A DNA stretch of 64,000 nt from the IMG/VR virus record IMGVR_UViG_3300021560_000001; one strand, written 5' to 3'. The number at the start of each line of letters is the position of its first letter. The stretch's first letter is position 1. This stretch comes from an uncultured virus (IMG/VR IMGVR_UViG_3300021560_000001). Its lineage: Duplodnaviria > Heunggongvirae > Uroviricota > Caudoviricetes. The notes under the pieces were generated by a model that did not search any database, was not told the DNA's origin, and worked only from the letters and a program-made list of their open reading frames with translations. This document shows, piece after piece, positions 38,541 to 47,876 of this stretch. The position numbers and the translations under genes are program-made.

Positions 38541-38765
38541 ATGCCAACAACAGACGAAGCCAACGCCTCGTTCGATATCATTAAGAAGGAAGTTGAGCAG
38601 TGGGCGGTTGAATTGTTGCCAAAGAACGTGCCGTTCATCGGTAACGTGCAACAGATGGCGCTCGACAAGCTGGAGTCGCCGGCGGGCACGCAATATCTGC
38701 TCAAGCTAACGCACGACGCGCTGGTCGCCGCCGAGAATGTGCGCAACAAGTCGGCAAAGAAATGA
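38541..38765 (+). CDS. Hypothetical protein
   Basis: 74 aa, GGAG RBS. Confidence 0.55.
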   Translation: MPTTDEANASFDIIKKEVEQWAVELLPKNVPFIGNVQQMALDKLESPAGTQYLLKLTHDALVAAENVRNKSAKK

Positions 38766-38992
38766 CGACACCAACAGTTGTTAATAGCAACCTGGACGGC
38801 ACGCTGTCGCTCGTTGACAAAACATGGAACGATGCAATGGAGACGGCGGCGCTACGCTGCGAGAGTGCAGCGCATGATCTGTTTGCGGCCAACGGCAACG
38901 AAGGCGGCTCTGGCGGATGGGTATGGCCTGCGGGCAGATACATCAGGCACTTTGCGCAAGATTTCCGCGAGATGAAGCGAGGCGCTCCGTGA
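38762..38992 (+). CDS. Hypothetical protein
   Basis: ATGA overlap. Confidence 0.45.
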   Translation: MTTPTVVNSNLDGTLSLVDKTWNDAMETAALRCESAAHDLFAANGNEGGSGGWVWPAGRYIRHFAQDFREMKRGAP

Positions 38993-39258
38993 TTAGGCTG
39001 ATCACCATCATTCTTGCCGCCTCGCTGCTCTCGGGTTGCGCGGCGGTGACGGCGCTCGTCGGTGGTGTCGCCGCCGGCAGCTTCGGTGTGTCGGCGCTCG
39101 GCAGTGCCGGCGGCGTGGTAGGCGGCGAAGTGGCAAAAGCCGAGCTGGCTTGGTTCAAGCAGTGGCGGCTGTGCCGGCGTCAATTCCGCACCAAGGAGCA
39201 ACGCAAGGCGTGCATGGAGCGATACCGGACGAGCCTATATGGAGCGCGCTACCGATGA
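38989..39258 (+). CDS. Small lipoprotein (possible spanin component)
   Basis: GTG start; IRLITIILAASLLSG-C lipobox. Confidence 0.55.
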   Translation: MIRLITIILAASLLSGCAAVTALVGGVAAGSFGVSALGSAGGVVGGEVAKAELAWFKQWRLCRRQFRTKEQRKACMERYRTSLYGARYR

Positions 39259-39536
39259 CGGCGAAGGATGCAGTGATGGGACAGCTCGGTTCTGATGTCG
39301 CGCAAGTTACCGTCGAATCAGATTGGTGGAGCAAAATCAATTGGACGCAAGTCGTCGGTTGGGTTTGCTCCGGGCTTTCGGTGTGGACTTCAGGCAAATT
39401 CGATGTGGATGCAGCGACGCAGGTTTATATCGTGCTCACGATCCAAGGCATTGCCGGACTAGCAACTATAGCCCTGCGTCGTCATAGCAAGACCATTACG
39501 CCGACAGCGGCGGCCTCGTTGCAGCGAACGACATGA
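39255..39536 (+). CDS. Holin-like two-TM membrane protein
   Basis: WWSKINWTQVVG plus two hydrophobic segments, in the lysis cluster. Confidence 0.55.
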   Translation: MTAKDAVMGQLGSDVAQVTVESDWWSKINWTQVVGWVCSGLSVWTSGKFDVDAATQVYIVLTIQGIAGLATIALRRHSKTITPTAAASLQRTT

Positions 39537-40156
39537 ATGACCAGCTCGTGCTTCAATTCTCGACTGTCGCGGATGACTGGTATTCATGGACGCCGCAGCG
39601 GTTGCGATGCGTCCCATTTCATATCCTGTTCAACCGCAACTTTGCTAGTATTTGGATCAGGCGATTGAACCACTCGCCGTTCTCGCATGTCGACATGATG
39701 ATGCCTGACGGTAATATGCTCGGTGCGTCCGACAATCCGAAGGCACCGGTGATCGAAGGCAACCCGCGTGGCGTGGCGATCAGACCGCAGGGCTATCAGA
39801 AATTTGCCTATCGGCGCCGCATGATTCTCGAGACCGATCGTGCCGATGACATTAGGGCTATCGCCCGTACGCAGTTGGGCAAGGGCTTCGACAATTCCGG
39901 TCTCAAGGATTTCCTCAGTGACAAGTTTCCCGGTCAGCGCGATTGGCGGCTCGACGAGCACTGGTTCTGCGCCGAACTGGTGATGTGGGCACTAGACGTG
40001 GGCGGGTTCTGGCAACCGGAGCGTATGGTCTGGCCGCGCAATCGCGTGTCGCCGACCGATGTGTTGGTCGCGCTGCTGATGGATCCACGCTGGATAAATC
40101 GCGAGACGTTTTGGAACCCGGTGCCAGGGCTTCAACTCTATCCGGGTGAGACATAG
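39533..40156 (+). CDS. Permuted papain-like NlpC/P60 (YiiX/YebB-like) protein
   Basis: SPFSHVD...QLGKGFD...WFCAELV...VSP.D. Confidence 0.75.
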   Translation: MNDQLVLQFSTVADDWYSWTPQRLRCVPFHILFNRNFASIWIRRLNHSPFSHVDMMMPDGNMLGASDNPKAPVIEGNPRGVAIRPQGYQKFAYRRRMILETDRADDIRAIARTQLGKGFDNSGLKDFLSDKFPGQRDWRLDEHWFCAELVMWALDVGGFWQPERMVWPRNRVSPTDVLVALLMDPRWINRETFWNPVPGLQLYPGET

Positions 40157-40671
40157 TGATCGCGAAGCTGCAGGAGAACGGTCGAAAGTTCGCGGGTTGG
40201 ATCGGCTCGGTGCCGCTGCCGGTGTGGGCGTTCTTGATAACGCAGTTCGTGGCCATAGCGGTCTGGGCCATTCGGCTCGAAGGCCAAGTGTCCAGGAACG
40301 ATGAGTATCTTACGACGCTTCGCAACGAGGGGACGGTCAAGTCCAACATCAACGAGACGCGGCTGAACAATCTGATCGAACGCGAGAGCACTTTGGAGAA
40401 GCGCATGGACTCGTGGTTCCAGGACGGGTCGCTCAAGACCAACGCTCTCGATCAGCGCTTGGTGGCCGTAGGTGACCGGCTCACCAAGGTCGAGCGCAAG
40501 CAGGACGAGAACATGCCGGCGCTCACCACGCTCAACGTGGCCGTCAAGAACCTTGATTCGCTGGCCGAGCGCATCGACCGGATCGTCAAGGTGATCGACA
40601 GCATGTACGAGCAGCAGCAGCAGAACATACGCAGGATCGACGCGATGGAGCAGCGCATCCAGTCGCGGTGA
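40156..40671 (+). CDS. Membrane-anchored coiled-coil protein
   Basis: N-terminal TM then long heptads; last + gene of the late operon. Confidence 0.6.
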   Translation: MIAKLQENGRKFAGWIGSVPLPVWAFLITQFVAIAVWAIRLEGQVSRNDEYLTTLRNEGTVKSNINETRLNNLIERESTLEKRMDSWFQDGSLKTNALDQRLVAVGDRLTKVERKQDENMPALTTLNVAVKNLDSLAERIDRIVKVIDSMYEQQQQNIRRIDAMEQRIQSR

Positions 40672-40677
40672 AACATC

Positions 40678-40864
40678 TCAATTTCGATATAGAGGTTGAC
40701 GGCTCCGCATCTTGTGCTGCGCTGTCTTGTGCCGCGCTGTCTCGCTAATCTTGGCGTTGGCTGGGTGCCATACCTCACGCTGCAGGCATGCAAAGCACCG
40801 CTTGAAGCGACCATAGCGCGGCTGCTTGCCGCAGCGCTCGCATAAGCAGTCATCCCCGGGGCAT
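40678..40864 (-). pseudogene. Small Zn-finger-like gene with a 1-nt frameshift near its start
   Basis: AGAAGGA RBS + ATG CCC CGG GGA TGA; the +1 frame reads PGDDCLCERCGKQPRYGRFKRCFACL...*. Confidence 0.4.
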
Positions 40865-40865
40865 T

Positions 40866-41108
40866 TTAGTTCCTTCTCTGTGTGCTAATCGTTTGCCTCA
40901 TCTGGTCGATGATGTCCTCGAGCATTTTTACTGCCCGAGCGACACTGTCCAAGTTCGACATAACCTGAACCCCAGCAGGCTGCAGATCCTCTAGCCGGTC
41001 GACTTCCTCATAAGCAATCAGAAAGAATTTGTCGCGTGGTCCCAGCTTGTCGCTGAGCGCCGCAGTCATCGCCTTGATGCGATTGTCGATCCCTGCCATT
41101 GTTTTCAA
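40866..41108 (-). CDS. Hypothetical protein
   Basis: 80 aa, coupled minus-strand chain. Confidence 0.55.
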   Translation of the reverse strand: MKTMAGIDNRIKAMTAALSDKLGPRDKFFLIAYEEVDRLEDLQPAGVQVMSNLDSVARAVKMLEDIIDQMRQTISTQRRN

Positions 41109-41512
41109 TGGATCCCATGGATTGTTATCATCGATCCGAGCTCTTGCCGTATCGCGTCCGTAGCGTTCGCAATCAGGAAATCAACGTCTTTATTTCCGCA
41201 TTGCCCGCATATGGCCGCGACAAGACCTACTGCGTTGCGATTAATCGGTAGCACACAGAAAAAGCCCGTGACCTCGCCGTGCCGCACCGGTTTTGCGCAT
41301 ACCGCGCAAGCAGGCCACCTATTTTGGTCGACCAGATTGTCGGCGTGATGCTGCCATTCGGCGATCGCTTTGACCAGCTTGGCAGCAGTGCAATCGCGGC
41401 GCTCCATCATGTTGACCAGTCCACCGCAGCTCACCAGGAACGCCTCGAATACCGACTCTTTGGTAGTCTCTAAACGGAACTGTCTCAGCAATCCGTCAAT
41501 CGTGTCAGTCAT
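41105..41512 (-). CDS. Hypothetical protein with two CxxC pairs
   Basis: CAVC...CGQC. Confidence 0.55.
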   Translation of the reverse strand: MTDTIDGLLRQFRLETTKESVFEAFLVSCGGLVNMMERRDCTAAKLVKAIAEWQHHADNLVDQNRWPACAVCAKPVRHGEVTGFFCVLPINRNAVGLVAAICGQCGNKDVDFLIANATDAIRQELGSMITIHGIH

Positions 41513-41520
41513 ATGTTATC

Positions 41521-41745
41521 CTACCATTGCCAGCATGAGATCGGCGGCTCTTTTACGTTGAGCCGTTTTCTTGCTTTTCTCGGCTTGCGCATTTCCTGCA
41601 TGAGCTGCCTGATCTGATCTCTCGTCAACCGATAGCGCTCCGCATCGTTAAGGTTCACTTGCTCGATCGCCTTCCTTAGCCGTGCGACCTCTGTTTCCAA
41701 CGCAGTCATCCTCTGCTGCATTCTTTTGGTCGCGATCGTTTTCAT
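41521..41745 (-). CDS. Hypothetical protein
   Basis: MKTIATKR start overlaps upstream stop. Confidence 0.45.
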   Translation of the reverse strand: MKTIATKRMQQRMTALETEVARLRKAIEQVNLNDAERYRLTRDQIRQLMQEMRKPRKARKRLNVKEPPISCWQW

Positions 41746-42200
41746 CGCTGTAGCTTCCGGCACAATGCTGCATCGGCATGCGTCGAGCACCAGTCGATCA
41801 GCGCGAACTCGACCTCGGCGCGGGTGATGCCGCGCGCCGGATTGCCGATGTCGTCCAGCGCGTTGGAAGATAGTGGAGGGAGGGCACGGATCATCGGAGG
41901 AACGTCCCTCCCTCCTCGCCCTGTTGTGCGGCGCTTAGGCAGGGCGATCGGCAGCGGCATTGATATTCTGCATCCCATGTAGATGCGGTTAGCGAGCTGG
42001 CGGTTGCCGGTGGCAAAGACGACCGAGTCCGCCGTTGCGCGGCAATTGGCATTTGCATCTTGGGCGCGGGCGGAACGCGTGGTCGCGAAGATCATGATTG
42101 CGACGATAATTATTCCCGCCACCAGCGTCAGCGTCACCGCCCACACAAGATTTGTTCCTGTCGCCTCGCGACTGCGGCGGTATCTCTCACGCGCCTTCAT
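41742..42200 (-). CDS. Membrane/exported hypothetical protein
   Basis: TM segment then Cys-containing domain. Confidence 0.5.
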   Translation of the reverse strand: MKARERYRRSREATGTNLVWAVTLTLVAGIIIVAIMIFATTRSARAQDANANCRATADSVVFATGNRQLANRIYMGCRISMPLPIALPKRRTTGRGGRDVPPMIRALPPLSSNALDDIGNPARGITRAEVEFALIDWCSTHADAALCRKLQR

Positions 42201-42621
42201 CTTCGTTCCCTTCTGATAGGAGAATTTGCAATGCGTCGCGGGCACCGAGCAGGGCGGATCTCACCTTGTGATGGCGGTCGGTCTCGATCGTACCGATGTG
42301 CATCAGATCGGCCGCGGTTTGCTCGGCCATCTCCTGCGGCACCACGCGCAGCTCGCGTATCTTGGCGGCGGCGTCGCAGAAGTAACGGCGCAGATTCTCG
42401 CCCGTCTCTTCCAGATGCTTTGCGAGCTCCTCTCCTTCCGCTTCATATTTCTTATGGATGTCGCGCACATGATCGGCGGCAGCAACGCATGCCTGCATCA
42501 TCGGATCAGCCTCGCGCGCTGGCTTGGTTGTAATATCGCGCGTTGTTGCCGTGATCTTGCTTAATTCATTCAATTCCGCCGTGGCCTTGGTCAGCTCGTT
42601 TAATTCATCTTTGAAGTTCAT
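42187..42621 (-). CDS. Coiled-coil hypothetical protein
   Basis: 144 aa, AGGAG RBS. Confidence 0.6.
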   Translation of the reverse strand: MNFKDELNELTKATAELNELSKITATTRDITTKPAREADPMMQACVAAADHVRDIHKKYEAEGEELAKHLEETGENLRRYFCDAAAKIRELRVVPQEMAEQTAADLMHIGTIETDRHHKVRSALLGARDALQILLSEGNEDEGA

Positions 42622-42624
42622 GGG

Positions 42625-42957
42625 CTATCTCCTCTTTCCGACCGCTTCAGCAATCTCTTCGAGAACCGATGCGATGCCTTGCAGCGTCTCGTCTTGCGGA
42701 TGATCGGAACGCAAACTGTCGTGCAGATTGTCGATGGCGGTCGCCACGCGGTCGAGTCCCTCCCGCACCTGCTGAGCAATGATCGTCCCTGCCATGTCGA
42801 TCGCGGCCGCTTGCATGAATGCGATGATCAACTCGGTGCGACGCGCTGGATCAACGCCATGTTTCTCAAGCATCTCTCTCGCATCGATGAAATAATGTTC
42901 GGCAGTCATCCCGGCCTGCCGCATCAATGCGTCACCATCGAGCGTTATCCTGTGCAT
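42625..42957 (-). CDS. Hypothetical protein
   Basis: 110 aa, GGAGG RBS. Confidence 0.6.
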   Translation of the reverse strand: MHRITLDGDALMRQAGMTAEHYFIDAREMLEKHGVDPARRTELIIAFMQAAAIDMAGTIIAQQVREGLDRVATAIDNLHDSLRSDHPQDETLQGIASVLEEIAEAVGKRR

Positions 42958-42987
42958 TTTGCCTCCTGTCGCAGAAAGAAAAAACCG

Positions 42988-43200
42988 TCATTGCTTCCGC
43001 CCGTAGAACCACTTCACCAACTCGCCGCGGAAGGCCGGGTCAGCCTCAAGCCGCACGAGCGCCGCCATCAGCGCAGACGCCTCGTGGGGAACGGGCGATT
43101 TGTCGGGTGCAAGGAAGCTGTAACCGTCGCGCGGCGACCACACGGCGGCGTACTCGTCGGGCTTGAGAACAGTGCCCGTGTCGCTGTGATGTTCGCTCAT
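42988..43200 (-). CDS. Hypothetical protein
   Basis: MSEHHSDTG start overlaps upstream stop. Confidence 0.45.
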   Translation of the reverse strand: MSEHHSDTGTVLKPDEYAAVWSPRDGYSFLAPDKSPVPHEASALMAALVRLEADPAFRGELVKWFYGRKQ

Positions 43201-43808
43201 TGGTTTTCCTTCAGCTCTTCCTGTCGAGGCCATCGTCGCTTGAAAATATCGTTCTCTTCGGTGGATGCAGCGCCGGGAGCCGGAAAGGGTACACCACTCC
43301 CGGGCTGCTCCACCGCTTGGGACGACGAGTTCTCGCCCCAAGTCAGCTCTGATGCCGGACGCATGTAGCCGCGGAACCAGCATCTCTCGGGTCGGCCGTC
43401 GATGCCGGCTCGCCACGACCAGTGGGTTCGTATGGGTCGCACGGGCTCTGCCGCGCACTGGACGCGCTCGGCGCCAAATACGTTCGATGTCACCAAGGTT
43501 AAAGCGGTGACAAAGCCGACCGCGGCCGCGATGAGCGCTCCGATGATGTATCGCAGCAACGGCGATGACGGCAACGATAGCGGCGCATCCGACGGCGGCG
43601 TTGCTGTTGCCCACGCGGTCCCGCCGCAGTGTGGGCAGGGATAGATGGCGGGAGCCAGCACCTGGTAACCGAGCTGTTTGGTTTCGATCTCGGCAACGTG
43701 CTGCGCCCGATGCATGTTCTCCTGACGGATCGACCATTGATCCCAGGACCGCGCGGTCCATAGCCGGCAGAAGTCGCAGATCACTGCTGCTTGTTTTTCG
43801 TTGGTCAT
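43197..43808 (-). CDS. Hypothetical membrane protein with CxxC motifs
   Basis: CDFC, CPHC, TM segment, HWSWR.GIDG...CWF. Confidence 0.5.
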   Translation of the reverse strand: MTNEKQAAVICDFCRLWTARSWDQWSIRQENMHRAQHVAEIETKQLGYQVLAPAIYPCPHCGGTAWATATPPSDAPLSLPSSPLLRYIIGALIAAAVGFVTALTLVTSNVFGAERVQCAAEPVRPIRTHWSWRAGIDGRPERCWFRGYMRPASELTWGENSSSQAVEQPGSGVPFPAPGAASTEENDIFKRRWPRQEELKENQ

Positions 43809-43813
43809 TTGAT

Positions 43814-44041
43814 CTAGCCGTTGGTTTTTTTGCGGCCGACGAGGGCGCGAACAGTCTCTTCAGCGTGCTTGAGGGCTATGTCTTCGTTGTAAAGGGCGTT
43901 CGCCTCTGTGGTATAGGCTGTGTAAATGGCGTCGAGCTCTTTACGGCGGTTGGCTATCCAGCGGCGACGTTGAACGATGATACCAAGCGGCGAATTCGGC
44001 GAGTCTTCAATGCTGACAACGTTTGCTGGTGTCTCAGACAT
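43814..44041 (-). CDS. Small coiled-coil protein
   Basis: AAAGGG RBS; downstream of predicted promoter. Confidence 0.55.
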   Translation of the reverse strand: MSETPANVVSIEDSPNSPLGIIVQRRRWIANRRKELDAIYTAYTTEANALYNEDIALKHAEETVRALVGRKKTNG

Positions 44042-44064
44042 ATCAGTGTGCCCTTTCCGCAGTA

Positions 44065-44093
44065 AGCTTAGGCCAAAATGGCCTAGCGGTCCA
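44065..44093 (-). promoter_or_regulatory. Promoter with GGCC-N5-GGCC inverted repeat in the spacer
   Basis: Minus strand TGGACC-N17-TAAGCT; TAGGCC-AAAAT-GGCCTA at 44069-44085. Confidence 0.55.
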
Positions 44094-44108
44094 GTATGTA
44101 GCTAAGTG

Positions 44109-44309
44109 CTAGATCGTGGCTCGAATTTCTTGCAAGGTTATCCTGCCGCGGTAGAGCAAGCGGAGAACCGCTCGCTCCGGCCCGTCGATCCGCGCCTCGC
44201 CTTTGACGTGCCGGCGAACCGTACGGATGCCCTGGTCGAACAGATCGGCGAGGTCGCGACTTTGCAGCCGAAGCTTGCGCATGATCAGGCGCAGCTCGAT
44301 CGGTTGCAT
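44109..44309 (-). CDS. XRE/Cro-like HTH regulator
   Basis: MQPIELRLIMRKLRLQSRDLADLFDQGIRTVRRHVKGEARI. Confidence 0.65.
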   Translation of the reverse strand: MQPIELRLIMRKLRLQSRDLADLFDQGIRTVRRHVKGEARIDGPERAVLRLLYRGRITLQEIRATI

Positions 44310-44338
44310 TTTCAAATATTGCCGCGCCGGCAACGGCT

Positions 44339-44509
44339 TCAGTTTTCGCTTTCGCTTCTTTGCCGCCGCTGCTCGCGGGCGAACCGCAGCGCTCTTTCGA
44401 CGGCGTGTTCCGGCCGCATTAGTTCTTGGCTTATCTCTTTCGTGTTCTTCCCCAGATCCCACAGACGCAGGCATTGTTGCTGAAATTCCTTCTCGCTCTC
44501 GCTTGTCAT
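44339..44509 (-). CDS. Small HTH protein
   Basis: CLRLWDLGKNTKEISQELMRPEHAVERAL. Confidence 0.5.
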   Translation of the reverse strand: MTSESEKEFQQQCLRLWDLGKNTKEISQELMRPEHAVERALRFAREQRRQRSESEN

Positions 44510-44556
44510 GCTTTGCCATTCTTGACGGCTCCTCGGTGGTGGCGGTCTGAACAAGG

Positions 44557-44898
44557 TCACTGTATATCCTCCGCGCTTATTCGGCGGCACTCAGTCTCCA
44601 GGACGGGCAGGCGGTTGACGACATCTGCGAACAGGTGCAGTGCCGGGAATGAGTTGGGCGTCAGCCGCCAAATCTCTTGCAATCGCACGACGTGCCGCAA
44701 GATCGTTCGTGCCGCCTCGACCTTCGTCAGGCTCTTCGGCCGGATATGCCGCTTAGCATAGACCCAGGCTTGCGCGGCTTCCTTGTTCTTGAAGGTCCTG
44801 ATCATTCCGTTGGCGTCGAAAACCGCCCATTGTTGCCGGACGGTTTCCTGAAGATAAAAGCCGGAATCCTTCCCATCTAAGGTGTAGGCTTTCTCCAT
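44557..44898 (-). CDS. Hypothetical protein
   Basis: MEKAY start with GGAG RBS. Confidence 0.45.
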   Translation of the reverse strand: MEKAYTLDGKDSGFYLQETVRQQWAVFDANGMIRTFKNKEAAQAWVYAKRHIRPKSLTKVEAARTILRHVVRLQEIWRLTPNSFPALHLFADVVNRLPVLETECRRISAEDIQ

Positions 44899-45290
44899 CG
44901 CAGTCTCCGTTTGGGCCACGCTCGCTTGATCCGTCCAGCCTTGAGTTTGCGCCTGATCTCTTTCCGGCGCTTGCCGGCGTCGGAGAGCTGCGCGCCATCG
45001 CCGCGAACAAATGTCTTGATCCGATGGTTCTCGGCCGTGCGCCAGATCAGATAGTTGGGATCATTGGCGGCTGGCTTGAATTGGTGCCGGCGCGCATTGA
45101 ACTCGCGCAGCTCGAGCGCGGGCTCGTGGTCCAATTGAACGGGCTCCATGCCGAACATCGTCCACAGCATCATATGCAATCGGGCAATCCCCGATCCGCG
45201 CTCCGGTAGAGCGAGCCCGCACTCTCTCATTTGACGTTCTGCCACCGCAACCCTGACGGTGATCGGAACGTGTGGGCGCTTGAGTCTCAT
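44877..45290 (-). CDS. HNH-like small protein
   Basis: QLDHEPAL...ANDPNYL....AENHRIKT resembles degenerate HNH phage proteins. Confidence 0.5.
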   Translation of the reverse strand: MRLKRPHVPITVRVAVAERQMRECGLALPERGSGIARLHMMLWTMFGMEPVQLDHEPALELREFNARRHQFKPAANDPNYLIWRTAENHRIKTFVRGDGAQLSDAGKRRKEIRRKLKAGRIKRAWPKRRLRWRKPTP

Positions 45291-46612
45291 CTGTTGCTCA
45301 ATTGGTCGGCGCGTTGCTCGATCAGCTTGCCGATCTCGACACGAACATCGGTCGGCACGTCCAGTTGGTCGCGGTGGGGGCGGTCCTTAAGCCAAGAATC
45401 GACCAGCGCTTCGGCATCGAGCGCGTTCTCGATCATGACGCGCCAATTCTGAACGTACTGCTCCGTCGTCGTGGCTAGCGTGGCTTTTTCGGCTTTCTGC
45501 TTCGCCGGCTCGGGGACTTCCGAAACAAGCTCCAATTCCTCGGCCTGGATCTGCTTGGATGGAGCCATCGGTCTCGGCTTCATTATCTCCTTCGACCGCT
45601 TCTCGGCCCGATCGGCGACGCGCTTGACTTCAGCCTTGGACGGCGGCCGCCCTCGCCGCCGCTTTTCTTTTGCCTGCACTTTCGCTTTGCGCGCCGGCTG
45701 CCGTTCGCTCGGTACTCCTGGCAGGACCGCTGTGCCTTGGGCGAGCATTTCCTCGGCGAGCCGTTCCGGTAGCTCGACGCGGGTATCTTCCGTGTATCGG
45801 TGGCCGTGCAACGTCGTGCCTTCGAGCACCACAACCCAGGCGGTCGGTCCCTCGTTCGGCGCGATCCGGTTGAGTTCTTCACGGATGTGCTCTTCGCCGC
45901 GGTGGCCTTCTTCGGTCTGCGCGTGGTCGCCGGCATCAAGTCGATCGGCGAGCGTTGGTCTCGGCGGCGTCACATCCTTCATCGGCGGCAGCCCATACTC
46001 GTCGGCTTCCTCCGGCGCGCTGAGACCGAGCACCGCCTCCGGGCAGTGTTTACGAATCCAATCTCTTGTCGTGTCGTACCAGAGTTGCATGTCCGGCTTG
46101 CGATCCCAAAGTTGGGAACCGCGCACGAACTGGCGCCCGTCCTTCATCGAGTGGCCGGGATGGAGGTGCTCGACGGTCGGCGATTCATGTTCGTAGATGT
46201 CGGGATCGCCCTTGAGACGCCCGCGCACGACCAGGCGGCGCATTTTGCCCTCGCCCTTATATTCGCCCTTCAATCCGCCGTTGAGAAAGCGTCGCGCTAG
46301 TGCATGGAATGCTTGCGATTGCAGACACAGCCGCCCGTTCTGGACGTAGCACTGCATGGCGAATTGGTCGGTCTGCAGTCCGGCGTTGAGGGCCATACGC
46401 ACCACGGCCGTCAATAGTGCCACGCTGCGCATCTCAGGTTGCAGCATAACGCTCGCTCGACACATGTCGGTGGCTATTGTTACGGCTTGACCGTAGGTAG
46501 CCGGACTGAGGCCATGCTTGCCGATCTCGATCTCGTCGCGGTCTTCCTGCACCTGATCGGCGATACCCTGGTCGTGGCCGTTGCCTTCATCCATCTGCGC
46601 TTGCTCTGTCAT
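45287..46612 (-). CDS. RecT-like single-strand annealing protein with long C-terminal tail
   Basis: AMQCYVQNGRL..QSQ...GSQLW.RKPD.QL.Y...R.W.R.HCPE.VLG; adjacent to RecE-like gene. Confidence 0.75.
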   Translation of the reverse strand: MTEQAQMDEGNGHDQGIADQVQEDRDEIEIGKHGLSPATYGQAVTIATDMCRASVMLQPEMRSVALLTAVVRMALNAGLQTDQFAMQCYVQNGRLCLQSQAFHALARRFLNGGLKGEYKGEGKMRRLVVRGRLKGDPDIYEHESPTVEHLHPGHSMKDGRQFVRGSQLWDRKPDMQLWYDTTRDWIRKHCPEAVLGLSAPEEADEYGLPPMKDVTPPRPTLADRLDAGDHAQTEEGHRGEEHIREELNRIAPNEGPTAWVVVLEGTTLHGHRYTEDTRVELPERLAEEMLAQGTAVLPGVPSERQPARKAKVQAKEKRRRGRPPSKAEVKRVADRAEKRSKEIMKPRPMAPSKQIQAEELELVSEVPEPAKQKAEKATLATTTEQYVQNWRVMIENALDAEALVDSWLKDRPHRDQLDVPTDVRVEIGKLIEQRADQLSNR

Positions 46613-47592
46613 GCTGCTCTCCTGTCGCTAGCTGCGTTCTCCGCCGCGATCCGCTGCTCAGCGAGCTCGCGATCACGGTCGGACATGCGAAATGTTCTAA
46701 TGTGGCCCTCGCCGCCGGGGCCGGGCCATTTGCCGGACTTCAAGCAGCGGGCGAAGGTCTCGAGCGCGTGCATCATCTCGCGCTCGGCAATATCAAGGTC
46801 ACCCTCGTCGATGGCGACGGCGTTGAAGGCATAGGGCGGGCTCTTCTCGACGAAGATCAATGTGCCCGACGACCAGGGAAGCGCCAGGTTACGGAAGACC
46901 CACCGCATAAGTGCAAACTGCTGGCGATAGCCATGCTGATTGATGGCGCGGTCCACATCGCGGTCCAGTGCGCTTTCGCACGTCTTTAGATCGACCACAT
47001 CCCCGCTGTCGGTTGGGATCACGTCGGGCCGCACCTTCACCCATACGGCCGCCTCCTTGTGCTTGAAGAATGCGCTGCGCTCGATGTAGCCCTTGAATGC
47101 GCCGCGCTCGCAAAGCCAGTATTGTTCGAGCGCTCGCGCCATTCCCTCGATGCTCTCGATCTCGTCAGGAAACAGCGCCTCGAGCCCTTGGCGCTGCCGG
47201 GCAAGCACCCATTCTTTGGCGTATTTGAGTCTGAGCGAGAAGTCCTTCAATTGTCCGGTATGATCCGGCACCCGCGGCGGCGCGGCGATGAACAGGCGAT
47301 TGAACGCCGCCTCGCCGAAAAACAAATGGTGAGCGGCGCGGCCAATCACGAAGTGACGCGGAGTGATTTTCTCCTTTGCTACAATGCGCTTCGGATTGAG
47401 CGGCGACTCGCACCAATAGTGGGCCGGTGTCGCGTTATAGATGCGGCGCAGTCCGCTCGATGAAATCGATGGGCCGTTGCATACATCGCCGCGGTGGTAG
47501 CGATCGAGCGGCATGTTGCTGTAGATGCCCGACCGGACGACGATCTCGCCCGGCTGCCACTCGCATGAACCTAGCTTGTCGATAGTCTTCAT
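46609..47592 (-). CDS. RecE/exonuclease VIII-like PD-(D/E)XK nuclease (DUF3799-like)
   Basis: GIY..MP...YH...SISSSGL...GRAAH...KVRPD...DLKT...GY..Q..FVEKSPPY. Confidence 0.85.
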   Translation of the reverse strand: MKTIDKLGSCEWQPGEIVVRSGIYSNMPLDRYHRGDVCNGPSISSSGLRRIYNATPAHYWCESPLNPKRIVAKEKITPRHFVIGRAAHHLFFGEAAFNRLFIAAPPRVPDHTGQLKDFSLRLKYAKEWVLARQRQGLEALFPDEIESIEGMARALEQYWLCERGAFKGYIERSAFFKHKEAAVWVKVRPDVIPTDSGDVVDLKTCESALDRDVDRAINQHGYRQQFALMRWVFRNLALPWSSGTLIFVEKSPPYAFNAVAIDEGDLDIAEREMMHALETFARCLKSGKWPGPGGEGHIRTFRMSDRDRELAEQRIAAENAASDRRAA

Positions 47593-47876
47593 GGTTGCTC
47601 CACTGCCTCGCTCGATAGACCAAGGATGACAAAGTCGTGGCCGAGTCCCTTGTATGGCTCGATCACGCCGACATTGCCCAAGCCTTTCATGACGTAAATG
47701 ATTTTCCGCGCGCACTGGCGGCCGGTGTATTCCTTGGTGTTCGGTTCCCATTCGCGTAGGACGATGATGTCGCCGACCTGATAGCCACGATCATTGCGCC
47801 GCAATTCGAAGTGCTTAGAGCCGAACACGATATCTTTGAAAAATTCCGGCCAGCTTTTCAGATCATGAGTAGTCAT
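47589..47876 (-). CDS. ASCH/PUA-fold protein (DUF3850-like)
   Basis: HDLKSWPEFF..I..G.K.FELR.NDRGYQVGD..VLREW...YTGR. Confidence 0.85.
   Translation of the reverse strand: MTTHDLKSWPEFFKDIVFGSKHFELRRNDRGYQVGDIIVLREWEPNTKEYTGRQCARKIIYVMKGLGNVGVIEPYKGLGHDFVILGLSSEAVEQP

Noticed and set aside
44109..44519. Single 136-aa ORF as given in the track
   Set aside because: Better explained as two small HTH genes in different frames (44339-44509 and 44109-44309)
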